In this document: in pieces, positions 38,209-48,067 of the stretch
Layout: each line of letters opens with the position of its first letter
How positions within the stretch are numbered: the stretch's first letter is position 1
NCBI GenBank assembly: GCA_902630465.1
Contig: CACOVJ010000004.1
Location: 1,734 to 65,733 of the forward strand
Source: an uncultured Alphaproteobacteria bacterium
GTDB lineage: Bacteria > Pseudomonadota > Alphaproteobacteria > HIMB59 > GCA-002718135
Length of the DNA stretch: 64,000 nt
Direction of reading: 5' to 3'
Made by a program: the position numbers and the translations under genes
Notes under the pieces: generated by a model
Databases searched by the model: none
The model's input: only the letters and a program-made list of their open reading frames with translations
What the model was told of the DNA's origin: nothing

Positions 38209-38388
38209 TGTATGCTTATAATTTTAATAGTTATATTTACTTAAGTATATATTTTTCCTAGAATTTCAAAAAAAAACGAGCATTTGAAATATTCTTATTT
38301 AGTAAAAGAAAATTATCTAAATTGTTAATAAAATTGATAAAACAAGGTAAAACTTAATATAAATAATACTAAAAAATCGCTATATTCC

Positions 38389-38417
38389 TTGAATTTTATA
38401 CAGATTAATATTATTCT
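38389..38417 (+). promoter_or_regulatory. putative sigma70 promoter for the ncRNA candidate
   Basis: TTGAAT-N17-TATTCT; places +1 at about G38424, the first G-C pair of the closing stem. Confidence 0.6.
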
Positions 38418-38423
38418 GAAAAA

Positions 38424-38564
38424 GCCGGATAATACTTAATTTCTTTGCTTCGGAGGAACGCCAAGAGATTTTAATCATCTTACCCGCCGTTTGATGATTA
38501 TATGAGTTTCTATTCTAGAGAAGTGTCTGCCAAGGTACTAACTAGTTGAGATATCCGGCTTTTT
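38424..38564 (+). ncRNA. candidate ~140-nt structured small RNA (6S-like or IMES-like; family unassigned)
   Basis: Ends pair (GCCGGAUA/UAUCCGGC, then CUUAAUU/AGUUGAG with G-U pairs that work only on +); internal hairpin UAAUCAUC/GAUGAUUA; 3' U-tract; upstream promoter; GC-richer than its flanks. Confidence 0.72.
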
Positions 38565-39551
38565 CTATTTAAGATTAGAATTGAAAAATAATTCCATCTT
38601 ATCAGCATATTCTTCTGGATATTTTATCATACTATCAACGTGATTTGAATCTTTGGCAAGCCAGTATTGTGCGTTAATTCTATTTTTTGCAGTATAGTTT
38701 TTGTAGTATTCAAAATGTCTAGTTAATACTCTTGTATCATTGTCGCCATGAGTAAAAAAGTATGACTGTGTTTTAGTAAGCTTAAAAGCTGGAGATAATA
38801 AAGTAGGATCGATACCAGTTAAGATTTTCCCAGCAAAACTTACTGCTGGTCCAAATTCAATTGACAATCCATACCTTGCTATTTCATCTGTTAGAGCCAT
38901 ATTGAATTCAGCTATTGGACTATCAGACCATATTGCTAAAATTTCTGGCTCCTCATATGCTGCAAATATAGAAGTACTAGCACCAAGAGATATTCCATGT
39001 AGCCCAATCTGATTACTCTTAAAACCAATATTTTTTAAAAAATCGAAAGCTCCTAGGATATCTTTATAGCTTTTTAAACCTAAATCTTCATATTCAGAAG
39101 TTCTATCACTTTGTCCATAATTTCTTAAATCTATTGTTAAAACATTAAAGTTTTTACTAACTAATAGAGATGTAATTAAATTAGATTCTGATTTGCATTT
39201 ACCATTAGGATTTATACCGTGTGTAACTATTATAATTGGTCTATTTGGAAAATAATTAAATAGCCAACCATTTATTTTTATATCTTTTTCTCTTGATAAA
39301 AAATATACATCTTGCCACTCATCTAAATGATAATTTTTATATGGAAAATTTTCTCTGAGTTTTCTCTGTAAAATATCATCGTATTCGTGTGCATCAATTG
39401 ATGTGCTCCAAGTATTTGGCAGTGATCCTTCGTGCATACCACAAGAAAAATCAATTTTTAAAATTTGGTAAGCTACGTAGAAACCAGCACCATAATAAAT
39501 AAAAATTATGATAATAAATATACTGATTAGATATTTTAATAATTTTTTCAT
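38565..39551 (-). CDS. membrane-anchored alpha/beta hydrolase
   Basis: N-terminal TM helix, THG, GISLG nucleophile elbow, HGDND and a C-terminal His. Confidence 0.85.
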   Translation of the reverse strand: MKKLLKYLISIFIIIIFIYYGAGFYVAYQILKIDFSCGMHEGSLPNTWSTSIDAHEYDDILQRKLRENFPYKNYHLDEWQDVYFLSREKDIKINGWLFNYFPNRPIIIVTHGINPNGKCKSESNLITSLLVSKNFNVLTIDLRNYGQSDRTSEYEDLGLKSYKDILGAFDFLKNIGFKSNQIGLHGISLGASTSIFAAYEEPEILAIWSDSPIAEFNMALTDEIARYGLSIEFGPAVSFAGKILTGIDPTLLSPAFKLTKTQSYFFTHGDNDTRVLTRHFEYYKNYTAKNRINAQYWLAKDSNHVDSMIKYPEEYADKMELFFNSNLK

Positions 39552-40588
39552 TTTGTGGGTTGAACAATTGTCATTTCGTAAAGTCTACTAGCAGTTCTTT
39601 TAAATTCTTCATTTAAACTTTGAATTAAATTTAAAGTAGTAATAGGTTTTGCTGCAAGAATTACTATTGAACATTTATTTTCATAAAGCATATCAATAAG
39701 GCTTATGAATCTCCTACAAGAATCCTTTTTTTGATCATTAAGCTCAGGTACATTTTTAAGAAAAATAATATTAAAATTTTTTGATATGTTTATGTAATCT
39801 TGATGGCTAAAATTCTCCTCACATAATTTTTTAAAGTCTGTCATTAAAATATTTGAACTGCATTTATTAAAGACTATTTCTCTACTTTTTGTTTTTATTG
39901 TAATTGTAGTTAAATGAGTATTGTCGACAAATTTATTAAATAATATTTCGAACTCTTGTTGGGTTTCATTATTTATTGGAGTAAAATATGTTTTTGACTG
40001 ATTTAAAGTTTGCCTCCTATAATCTGTATTATGATTTATATTAATAATTTCAAAATTTTTTTTAATAAGATCAATGAATGGAATAAAATCATTTCTCTGC
40101 AAACCATCTTTATACAAGTCGTCAGGTTTAAAATTTGAAGAAATTATTAAAAAAATCTTTTGTCTGCTTAATAGAAAGAAAATTTTTTTAATTATTAATG
40201 CATCAACAATATTAAATATATGCATTTCATCAATAAATAAAATTTTAAAACTTTTACTAATATTTTTTATATATTCTTCAATTGCCTTATCTTTGTTACT
40301 AGAACGTTGAACAACATCATGAATTTCTATCATAAGGTTATTAAAGTGAATTTTTTTTCCTACTTTAGAGTTCTGATAAAAAAGATTTAATAGAAAAGTT
40401 TTTCCTGTTCCAACTGATCCATACAAATAAACCCCATCCTTTTTTTTTGAATTAACAAATAGACTATTCTTTTTACTTTTGTTCCAAACTGAATTTAATT
40501 TATTAAGAACTTCTAATTGTGCCTCACTGGTTTTTATAAAATTATTTTCAACAAAACTATTATATTGGTCAATAACACTGAATGACAT
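39548..40588 (-). CDS. zapE: AFG1-family ATPase ZapE
   Basis: GVYLYGSVGTGKT, FIDE, DLYKDGLQR, RRFISLID and RTASRLYEM motifs. Confidence 0.92.
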   Translation of the reverse strand: MSFSVIDQYNSFVENNFIKTSEAQLEVLNKLNSVWNKSKKNSLFVNSKKKDGVYLYGSVGTGKTFLLNLFYQNSKVGKKIHFNNLMIEIHDVVQRSSNKDKAIEEYIKNISKSFKILFIDEMHIFNIVDALIIKKIFFLLSRQKIFLIISSNFKPDDLYKDGLQRNDFIPFIDLIKKNFEIININHNTDYRRQTLNQSKTYFTPINNETQQEFEILFNKFVDNTHLTTITIKTKSREIVFNKCSSNILMTDFKKLCEENFSHQDYINISKNFNIIFLKNVPELNDQKKDSCRRFISLIDMLYENKCSIVILAAKPITTLNLIQSLNEEFKRTASRLYEMTIVQPTK

Positions 40589-40728
40589 TATTTTTTTCCT
40601 AAAAATGATGATAATTTCTTCAGTGTTTCAATTTCTGCTTTTGAAATTGTGTTCATTTCTTTTTTCTTTAACAGTCTTTTATATTCTTTTAAAAGAAAAT
40701 TTAAACTTTCAGATATTCCTTTATTCAT
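40588..40728 (-). CDS. small basic hypothetical protein (46 aa)
   Basis: MNKGISESLNFLLKEYKRLLKKKEMNTISKAEIETLKKLSSFLGKK. Its start overlaps the MFS stop and its stop overlaps the zapE start (TAATG). Confidence 0.72.
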   Translation of the reverse strand: MNKGISESLNFLLKEYKRLLKKKEMNTISKAEIETLKKLSSFLGKK

Positions 40729-41911
40729 GATTATCAAAAATAATTGGTAAAAGTGTTGAAGCAACAATCATAATTAAACAAATTATTGAAATTATGCCAA
40801 TCCCAAAACCCCAATCTATTATATAACCAAAAATAACTGGTGAAAGAGCACTGGCTAATACTACAATAGCGTGAAAAAGTGCTTTAACGGTTCCAAGACT
40901 TTCTACACCAAAAAGTTCAGCCCACAATGATCCAGTAAATGGAGCAGAAATTCCTAAATTCAATCCATATAAGGACATGTAAATAATTAAGAAGTAAAAA
41001 TTTTCAAATAACAATAAAACAACAATTCCAATAAATATTGGTAACATTAGATATACAATAGCTTTTTTAGGATTAAGCAAATCAATTAATGGACCCCCTA
41101 AAAGAAGTCCTATTATAGAAAACGCTCCTAAAAAAATAAACCCCGTTCCAAGCATGTCTAGTGTCCAGCCTTTTTGAGTAAATATGAAAATTTGGTGAAA
41201 CATAAGTCCTGTCCCAATAAATGAGAATGACGTAGTTAAAGGAAGGTATATTAAAAATTTTTTATTTTTAATGACTTCTAAAGTGCTCCAAATTTTTTTT
41301 TCGTGTTTAATTGAATCACGAAACTTAGTCTGTCGATCACTTTGGTTGCTAAGAGTATAATATAACACTGGTAAGAATAAAATTATAGATAAAGAGCAAA
41401 ATAACCAAATTTGCTTAAAATCGAAAAACTTATTCAAATATACTATAATAATAGGCAGAAACATTACGCCTAGCATTCCACCTAAGTTACCAAAAGATAT
41501 TGCTTTACCCCTGTTCTCACCAAAGTATCTTGTCATTGATGTTATTCCTGCATGGGTCATTGCACCTTGACCAAAAAAGCGAAGTGCAAATATGATTAAA
41601 AAAAGAAAAAAAATATTTTCTGGAAGAAAATAAATAGCAACACACGGCAATAATAAACCAAGAGTGACTAGAAAAGAATAAATTCTCAAATCAATAAAAT
41701 CAATTAATTTTGCAAAATTAATAAGAAGCAATGAACTAGAGGTAGTTGCTAAGGCATATACCATTCCAAATTGACCATCTGAAAGATTATAAAGGTCTTT
41801 TATATCATCGTTGAATAGTGCAATAAAAAAAGTTTGCCCATAACTTGCAAAAAAAATTATTAAAAATCCATATATTAAAAGTTTTGGATCATACAAAATA
41901 AAATTTTTCAT
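40721..41911 (-). CDS. MFS transporter
   Basis: About 12 hydrophobic segments, with GQTFFIALF and RFFGQG...RGKAIS motifs. Confidence 0.88.
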   Translation of the reverse strand: MKNFILYDPKLLIYGFLIIFFASYGQTFFIALFNDDIKDLYNLSDGQFGMVYALATTSSSLLLINFAKLIDFIDLRIYSFLVTLGLLLPCVAIYFLPENIFFLFLIIFALRFFGQGAMTHAGITSMTRYFGENRGKAISFGNLGGMLGVMFLPIIIVYLNKFFDFKQIWLFCSLSIILFLPVLYYTLSNQSDRQTKFRDSIKHEKKIWSTLEVIKNKKFLIYLPLTTSFSFIGTGLMFHQIFIFTQKGWTLDMLGTGFIFLGAFSIIGLLLGGPLIDLLNPKKAIVYLMLPIFIGIVVLLLFENFYFLIIYMSLYGLNLGISAPFTGSLWAELFGVESLGTVKALFHAIVVLASALSPVIFGYIIDWGFGIGIISIICLIMIVASTLLPIIFDNHE

Positions 41912-42588
41912 TAGTTTTCTAAGTCTCTTTTCACTTTTTTTAACAGTTTAACCATTTTAGATTCATTAATTCTTCCAGTATTTACATTACGAGGACTAGG
42001 ATGATAACTGCCCATCAGTAACTTACTATCTGGAAGTTTGTTTTTACTTCCATGACTAAATACATAATCTTTATTTTTTATATTATAATATTGTTTATAA
42101 TAGTTGATACATGCGTCATGTCCAATTTTACCAAGTGCCAATATAACTGTTATATTCTTTAATGAACTAATCTCTTTACTAAAGAAATTAAAACAAGTTT
42201 TTAATTCATTTGATGTAGGTTTATCTTCTGGAGGTACACATTTTAGGGCAGTCGTAAGATACAAATTATTGAGTTGCAAACCATCATTTTTATTTACTGA
42301 AAGTGGTTGATTAGAAAAACCTGATTCATACAAACATTTGAACAAAAAATCTGCAGATTTATCACCAGTGAACACTCTTCCTGTTCTGTTACCACCATGA
42401 GCCGCAGGGGCTAAACCAACCATCAATAGTTTGGCATTAGGGTCGCCATAACCTGTTATAGGTTTACCCCAATAGTCTTGATCAAAATATTGACGTCTTT
42501 TTTCATTGGCAATCTTTTCTCTAAAATTAACCAATCGATCACATTTTCTGCACTGAATTATTGATTTGTTTAATTTACTTAATGTCAT
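41911..42588 (-). CDS. uracil-DNA glycosylase, family 5 (Fe-S)
   Basis: CRKC, GLAPAAHGGNRTGR.FTGD, KCVPP and SYHPS motifs. Confidence 0.9.
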   Translation of the reverse strand: MTLSKLNKSIIQCRKCDRLVNFREKIANEKRRQYFDQDYWGKPITGYGDPNAKLLMVGLAPAAHGGNRTGRVFTGDKSADFLFKCLYESGFSNQPLSVNKNDGLQLNNLYLTTALKCVPPEDKPTSNELKTCFNFFSKEISSLKNITVILALGKIGHDACINYYKQYYNIKNKDYVFSHGSKNKLPDSKLLMGSYHPSPRNVNTGRINESKMVKLLKKVKRDLEN

Positions 42589-42618
42589 ATGGAAAAGAAT
42601 TATTTATATTACAGCTAT

Positions 42619-43182
42619 ATGATTAATGAAAGAGCTAAAGCAATACTTGATTTTTGTTTTGTTAAAACACCAATGGAACAATGGTTTAAAAAGGATGAGA
42701 AATTTGATGGTCAATTAAGGAAATTGTTTTTAAATGATTATAACAATGCAGTAAGTAATAAATATGATGAATGGCAAGATAATCCTGAAGAGTGTGTAGC
42801 ATTAGTTATTTTGTTAGATCAGCTATCTAGAAATTTTTATAGAAATGATCCAAGAGCTTACCAACAAGATTACAAATGCAGATTAATAGTTAATGAGGCG
42901 GTAGATAGAGGTTTTTTGGAAGAGTTAGACAAAGATAAAATACATTTTCTACTTTTACCACTTATACACAGTGAGGATATTAGTGATCATATTTTTGGTC
43001 ATCAATTAGTAGATACTTATTTAAAAAATCATATTGAATATACAAAGATTAAGAAAGCATGGGATGACCACACAGTGGCAATTAAAAAATTTGGTAGATA
43101 TCCTCACAGAAATAAAATTTTAAAAAGAAATTCAACTTTTAATGAAGAAGAATTTTTAAAGCAACCAGATAGCTCTTGGTAA
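42619..43182 (+). CDS. DUF924 family protein
   Basis: WFKKD..FD, ILLDQLSRN, PLIHSE and FGRYPHRN motifs. Start at ATG 42619 (or 42589). Confidence 0.88.
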   Translation: MINERAKAILDFCFVKTPMEQWFKKDEKFDGQLRKLFLNDYNNAVSNKYDEWQDNPEECVALVILLDQLSRNFYRNDPRAYQQDYKCRLIVNEAVDRGFLEELDKDKIHFLLLPLIHSEDISDHIFGHQLVDTYLKNHIEYTKIKKAWDDHTVAIKKFGRYPHRNKILKRNSTFNEEEFLKQPDSSW

Positions 43183-43232
43183 TTTAAATTTCTTAAAACC
43201 AATTACCTAATATATAATAGTTATTTGAAAAT

Positions 43233-43307
43233 GGTCTCGTGGTGAAATGGATATCACACGTGTCTTCGGAACATGGATTTGGGGTTCGAGTCCCTACGAG
43301 ACCGCCA
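43233..43307 (+). tRNA. tRNA-Arg (anticodon UCG)
   Basis: Cloverleaf: acceptor GGTCTCG/CGAGACC, D-arm GTGA/TCAC with A20, anticodon arm CGTGT-CT-TCG-GA-ACATG, T-arm TGGGG-TTCGAGT-CCCTA, encoded CCA. Confidence 0.93.
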
Positions 43308-43321
43308 ATTGAACTTAATGA

Positions 43322-44365
43322 TTAAATTTTTATGAAATTTGAATATTTACTAACTACCAATTCAGCAATTTGAACAGCATTGAGGGCTGCTCCCTTTCGT
43401 AGGTTGTCAGATACAACCCATAAATTTAAACCATTATCTATTGATTGATCATTCCTAATTCTGCTAATATAGACTTTATCTTCTCCGGCAATTTCTACTG
43501 GAGTCACATACCCTTCATCTTTTCTATGATCTATTACTGAAATACCCTCAGATTTAGATAATATTTCATTCGCTTCTTTTTCATCCAAGGGAGAGTCAAA
43601 TTCTATATTTATTGCCTCTGAGTGTCCTATGAAGACAGCAGTTCTGACACAGGTTGCTGAAACATTAATCCCCTCATCAAGAATCTTTTTTGTTTCATCA
43701 ATCATTTTTTGTTCTTCTTCTGTATTGCCATTCTCTAAGAAAGATCCGATATGAGGAATAGCATTGAATGCAATTTGCTTTGTGAATTTTTCTTTTTTTA
43801 ACTCTTGGTTTGCATAAACATTTTGTGTTTGATTAAATAATTCATCCATACCTGTTTTACCTGCCCCAGATACAGCTTGATATGTAGATACAACAACTCT
43901 ATTAATTAATGCTTTTTCATGAAGAGGCTTTAAAGCAACAACCATTTGTATTGTAGAACAATTAGGATTTGAAATTATATTAACTCTGTTTTCATCATCA
44001 AAAAATTCATCAAGAGCACTTGCATTCACTTCCGGTACAATCAATGGAATATTTTTTTGCATTCGAAAATGTGATGTATTATCTATTACTAAGCATCCTG
44101 CTTTAGATGCTTTTGGGGCATATTCAGCAGAAATTTTTCCTCCAGGTGAAAATAAAGCTATGTTTGCTTTTGAAAAATCAAAATCTGATAATTCTTCTAC
44201 AATAATTTCTTTGTCTCTAAATTCTACTTTTTTTCCTTTTGATTTTGAAGATGCTAGTAGAAATAAATTTTCTATTGGAAAATCTCTTTGTTCTAATATC
44301 TGAACAATTTCAGTTCCTACTGCTCCTGTTGCACCAGCAACTGCTAAATTATATTTTTGTGTCAT
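43322..44365 (-). CDS. asd: aspartate-semialdehyde dehydrogenase
   Basis: GATGAVG, NPNCSTIQ, QAVSGAG and DNLRKGAALN motifs. Confidence 0.97.
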   Translation of the reverse strand: MTQKYNLAVAGATGAVGTEIVQILEQRDFPIENLFLLASSKSKGKKVEFRDKEIIVEELSDFDFSKANIALFSPGGKISAEYAPKASKAGCLVIDNTSHFRMQKNIPLIVPEVNASALDEFFDDENRVNIISNPNCSTIQMVVALKPLHEKALINRVVVSTYQAVSGAGKTGMDELFNQTQNVYANQELKKEKFTKQIAFNAIPHIGSFLENGNTEEEQKMIDETKKILDEGINVSATCVRTAVFIGHSEAINIEFDSPLDEKEANEILSKSEGISVIDHRKDEGYVTPVEIAGEDKVYISRIRNDQSIDNGLNLWVVSDNLRKGAALNAVQIAELVVSKYSNFIKI

Positions 44366-45478
44366 TTAATTTCCTGATAAAATTTTTAATTCTTCTATAA
44401 CAGCATTACCCATTTCTTTAGTAGAAATAATTTTATCTGCACCATCTTTAATATCGGCAGTTCTCAAACCTTTTAATAAAACATTTTGGACTGCTTTTTC
44501 AACTAACTGACTATCTTCCTGCATATCAAAACTATATTTGAGCATCATTGCAAAACTCAAGATCATTGCAAGGGGATTAGCTTTTGATTGACCAGCAATG
44601 TCAGGTGCGCTTCCATGAACTGGTTCATACATAGCAGCTCTAGTACCATTTTCTTTTATGGACCCAAGTGATGCAGATGGTAGCATACCAAGAGAACCAG
44701 TTAACATAGCTGCAGTATCACTTAATAAATCACCAAAAAGATTATCAGTAAGAATCACATCAAATTGTTTTGGATATCGTACTAGTTGCATTGCACAATT
44801 ATCGGCTAAAATATGCTCTAAATCTACTGAGGAGTATTCATTTTTATGTAAGTCAGTAACTGTATTTCTCCAAAATAATCCAGTCTCCATAACATTTGAT
44901 TTTTCAGCTGATGACACTTTATTTCTTCTTAATTTTGCTAAATCAAATGCGACTCTTGAAACTCTCTCAATCTCAGAAGTAGTATAAACTTGAGTATCAA
45001 TTGCCTTACTTTCTATCTCATTAATTTTAGAAACCCCTCTTGGTTGACCGAAATAAACTCCACTTGTCAACTCTCTCACTATTAGAATATCTAATCCCTT
45101 TACTAAATCTGTTTTTAAAGAAGATGCTTCAGCAAGTGCGTCCAAGACAACTGCCGGTCTTAAGTTTGCAAAAAGATCTAAATCCTTTCTTAATCTTAAT
45201 AAAGCAGCTTCTGGTCTTTTTGTTCTTTCAACATTATCCCATTTAGCTCCGCCAACAGCACCAAATAGTACTGCATCTGAGTCTAGTGCTACTTGCATTG
45301 TTTCATCACTTATGGAGTCACCTTCTTTATCATATGCAGTTCCGCCAACTAATCTTTCGGATATATCGAATGACATTGATTTGGTTTTTTCCATCCATTC
45401 TATAATTTTGAAAACTTCAGCCATGACTTCATTCCCGATGCCATCGCCCGGTAGTATAAGAATTTTTTTATTACTCAT
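44366..45478 (-). CDS. leuB: 3-isopropylmalate dehydrogenase
   Basis: [15 protein letters not shown] and [12 protein letters not shown] motifs. Confidence 0.97.
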   Translation of the reverse strand: MSNKKILILPGDGIGNEVMAEVFKIIEWMEKTKSMSFDISERLVGGTAYDKEGDSISDETMQVALDSDAVLFGAVGGAKWDNVERTKRPEAALLRLRKDLDLFANLRPAVVLDALAEASSLKTDLVKGLDILIVRELTSGVYFGQPRGVSKINEIESKAIDTQVYTTSEIERVSRVAFDLAKLRRNKVSSAEKSNVMETGLFWRNTVTDLHKNEYSSVDLEHILADNCAMQLVRYPKQFDVILTDNLFGDLLSDTAAMLTGSLGMLPSASLGSIKENGTRAAMYEPVHGSAPDIAGQSKANPLAMILSFAMMLKYSFDMQEDSQLVEKAVQNVLLKGLRTADIKDGADKIISTKEMGNAVIEELKILSGN

Positions 45479-45484
45479 AAAATT

Positions 45485-46084
45485 CTAGACAATCCACGGT
45501 TGGGTATTGTGAATTTTTTCTTCATGAATATCTATTTTTTTATTTTTCTGTAGAGTTAGCCCAATGTCATCCAAGCCCTCAATTAAACATTTTCTTCTAA
45601 AAGCATCTACCTCGAACCTGATTTCTTTATCATTATAAATAATAATTTGGTTTTCTAAATCTACTGAAATTTCTTTTTTATCTTCAGCTTCTTTCATTAA
45701 TATATCTACATTTGGTTGATCTAATTTGATTGGTAATATTCCATTTTTAAAACAGTTATTATAAAATATATCTGCAAAACTCGGTGCTATTATGGATTTG
45801 AATCCAAAATCAAGCAAAGACCAAGGTGCATGTTCACGACTAGATCCACATCCAAAATTAGCACCAGCCACGAGTATTTTTGAAGTTTTGTAGGGATCCC
45901 AATTTAAAACAAAATCATTTTTTATATTTCCTTGAATATCGTATCTTAATTCATGGAATAAATTTTTTCCTAAACCTGACCTTTTAATAGTTTTTAGAAA
46001 CTGCTTAGGGATTATCATATCAGTGTCAATATTAATCATTGGTAATGGCGCGGGTATACTTTTAATTGTTACAAAAGGATCCAT
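45485..46084 (-). CDS. leuD: isopropylmalate isomerase small subunit
   Basis: NIDTDMIIP and [11 protein letters not shown]. Start at MDPF, 46084. Confidence 0.96.
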   Translation of the reverse strand: MDPFVTIKSIPAPLPMINIDTDMIIPKQFLKTIKRSGLGKNLFHELRYDIQGNIKNDFVLNWDPYKTSKILVAGANFGCGSSREHAPWSLLDFGFKSIIAPSFADIFYNNCFKNGILPIKLDQPNVDILMKEAEDKKEISVDLENQIIIYNDKEIRFEVDAFRRKCLIEGLDDIGLTLQKNKKIDIHEEKIHNTQPWIV

Positions 46085-46085
46085 T

Positions 46086-47489
46086 TTATAAGTCCTCAAC
46101 GGTTGTGAAAGATCCTTTAATAGCAGAAGCAGCTGCAATTGCTGGACTAACTAGATGGGTCCTACCTTCTCTACCCTGACGACCTTCAAAATTTCTGTTG
46201 GATGTTGATGCACATCGTTCTTTAGGTTTTAATTGATCAGGGTTCATCGCTAAACACATTGAGCATCCTGGTTCTCTCCAGTCAAAACCTGCATCTATAA
46301 ATATTTTATGAAGTCCTTCACTTTCAGCTTGTTTTTTTACTAATCCAGAACCTGGTACAATCATTGATTCAACTGATACTTTTTTTCCTTTTACTATTTT
46401 TGCAACTTCTCTTAAATCTTCAATCCTGCCATTAGTACATGATCCAATAAATACTTTATCAATTTTAATTTTTTGAATTTCTTGTTCAGGCTCTAAACCC
46501 ATATATTCAAGTGATCGCTCCATAGCTTTTTTTCTATTAGGATTGCTCTCTTCATTAGGGTTTGGAACAATACCATCTATTGCAACTACATCTTGCGGAC
46601 TTGTGCCCCAAGTGATCTGAGGAGTAATATCTTCTGCTTCTATTATAATCTCTTTGTCATATTTTGCTCCATCATCAGATGGTAATGATTTCCAAAACTG
46701 TACGGCTTTATTCCAATCATCTCCAGCTGGTGCATATGGTCTACCTTTAATATATTCAAAAGTAATTTCATCCGGAGCAATTAATCCTGCTCTTGCCCCT
46801 GCTTCAATACTCATATTGCAAATAGTCATTCTACCTTCCATTGAAAGTTTAGAGATAGCTTCTCCTGCATATTCAATTACATAACCTGTTCCTCCAGCAG
46901 TACCTATTTGACCAATTATATGAAGAATTATATCTTTAGAAGTGACCCCAGATTTTAATTCGCCATTAACAAGTATTCTCATGTTTTTTGCAGGTTTCTG
47001 AATTAACGTCTGTGTTGCAAGTACATGTTCAACTTCACTAGTTCCAATTCCAAATGCAAGTGCCCCGAAGGCACCATGGGTGGCAGTATGACTATCGCCA
47101 CAAACTATTGTCATTCCTGGTTGAGTTATTCCTTGCTCTGGCCCAACTATATGGACAATACCTTGTCTGCTGTCTAAGAGAGGAAAAAGAGTCACATCAA
47201 AATCCTTACAATTTTTTTCAAGTGTTTCTACTTGAATTCTACTTTCATTATTTTCAATTCCTTTTGTTCTGTCTGAAGTAGGAACATTATGATCAGCGAC
47301 TGCAAAAGTGCTCTGTGGTCTTCTCACTTTACGATTTGAATTTCTTAAACCTTCAAATGCTTGTGGACTAGTAACCTCATGAACAAGATGTCTATCAATG
47401 TAAATAAGACATGTACCGTCCTCTTGTTGATCAACAAGGTGATGTAACCAAATTTTATCAAATAATGTTTTTGGACTATTTTGATTCAT
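46086..47489 (-). CDS. leuC: isopropylmalate isomerase large subunit
   Basis: [14 protein letters not shown] and CSMC motifs. Likely start [12 protein letters not shown] at 47489 overlaps the end of rplS. Confidence 0.97.
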   Translation of the reverse strand: MNQNSPKTLFDKIWLHHLVDQQEDGTCLIYIDRHLVHEVTSPQAFEGLRNSNRKVRRPQSTFAVADHNVPTSDRTKGIENNESRIQVETLEKNCKDFDVTLFPLLDSRQGIVHIVGPEQGITQPGMTIVCGDSHTATHGAFGALAFGIGTSEVEHVLATQTLIQKPAKNMRILVNGELKSGVTSKDIILHIIGQIGTAGGTGYVIEYAGEAISKLSMEGRMTICNMSIEAGARAGLIAPDEITFEYIKGRPYAPAGDDWNKAVQFWKSLPSDDGAKYDKEIIIEAEDITPQITWGTSPQDVVAIDGIVPNPNEESNPNRKKAMERSLEYMGLEPEQEIQKIKIDKVFIGSCTNGRIEDLREVAKIVKGKKVSVESMIVPGSGLVKKQAESEGLHKIFIDAGFDWREPGCSMCLAMNPDQLKPKERCASTSNRNFEGRQGREGRTHLVSPAIAAASAIKGSFTTVEDL

Positions 47490-48066
47490 CCGAGTTATCT
47501 TCGGCTTTATGTTTATCTCCAGCTTTAGATCCCTCTTTAGGTTTGACTTCTTCTGCAATATTTTTCTGTTCTGCAGGTTGAGATCCCTCAGCTGAATTTA
47601 CTACCTCAGCATTTGTTTGTTCCTCTATGGATTTTGCTTCTATATCTTGATTATTTTCAATTGGTTTAGTTTCTTCCACAAATTCATATTGATCTGCCTC
47701 ATTACCTCTATCACGATCTGCTATTCTAGCTTTTTTACCAGATAGATCTCTTAAATAATATAGCTTAGCCCTTCTGACATCACCTTTACGTACAACATCA
47801 ATTTTTTCCACAATTGGACTAAATAATGGAAAAACTCTCTCAACACCTTCTCCATGAGAAATTTTTCTAACTGTAAAATTAGAATTAAGTGAGTTGTTTT
47901 TTCTAGCAATACATATACCCTCAAAAGCCTGTAATCTTGATTTACTTCCTTCTGTTATTCTAACTGATACTTTCAAAGTATCTCCAGCTCTAAATGCTGG
48001 AATTCTTTTTTTTGATATTAAACTTTCGATCTGATTCTTCTCATATGTTTCTAATAAATTACTCAT
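47476..48066 (-). CDS. rplS: 50S ribosomal protein L19 with acidic C-terminal extension
   Basis: FRAGDT, RLQAFEG, GVERVFP and RRAKLYYLR motifs. Confidence 0.97.
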   Translation of the reverse strand: MSNLLETYEKNQIESLISKKRIPAFRAGDTLKVSVRITEGSKSRLQAFEGICIARKNNSLNSNFTVRKISHGEGVERVFPLFSPIVEKIDVVRKGDVRRAKLYYLRDLSGKKARIADRDRGNEADQYEFVEETKPIENNQDIEAKSIEEQTNAEVVNSAEGSQPAEQKNIAEEVKPKEGSKAGDKHKAEDNSDESK

Positions 48067-48067
48067 T

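Noticed and set aside
38209-38388. Possible CtrA-type TTAA motifs in the AT-rich sdhC upstream region
   Set aside because: They cannot be distinguished from background at this AT content.
38418-38565. 14-bp terminal inverted repeats as a MITE or a simple terminator
   Set aside because: There is no target-site duplication, second copy or transposase, and the arms are ~120 nt apart. Strand-specific G-U pairs and a matching promoter favour an RNA gene.
40479-40730. 83-aa + strand ORF
   Set aside because: It is antisense to zapE and to the better-supported 46-aa coupled ORF.
43183-43321. tRNA as an island integration site
   Set aside because: It is flanked by ordinary genes, with no integrase and no duplicated tRNA 3' end seen.
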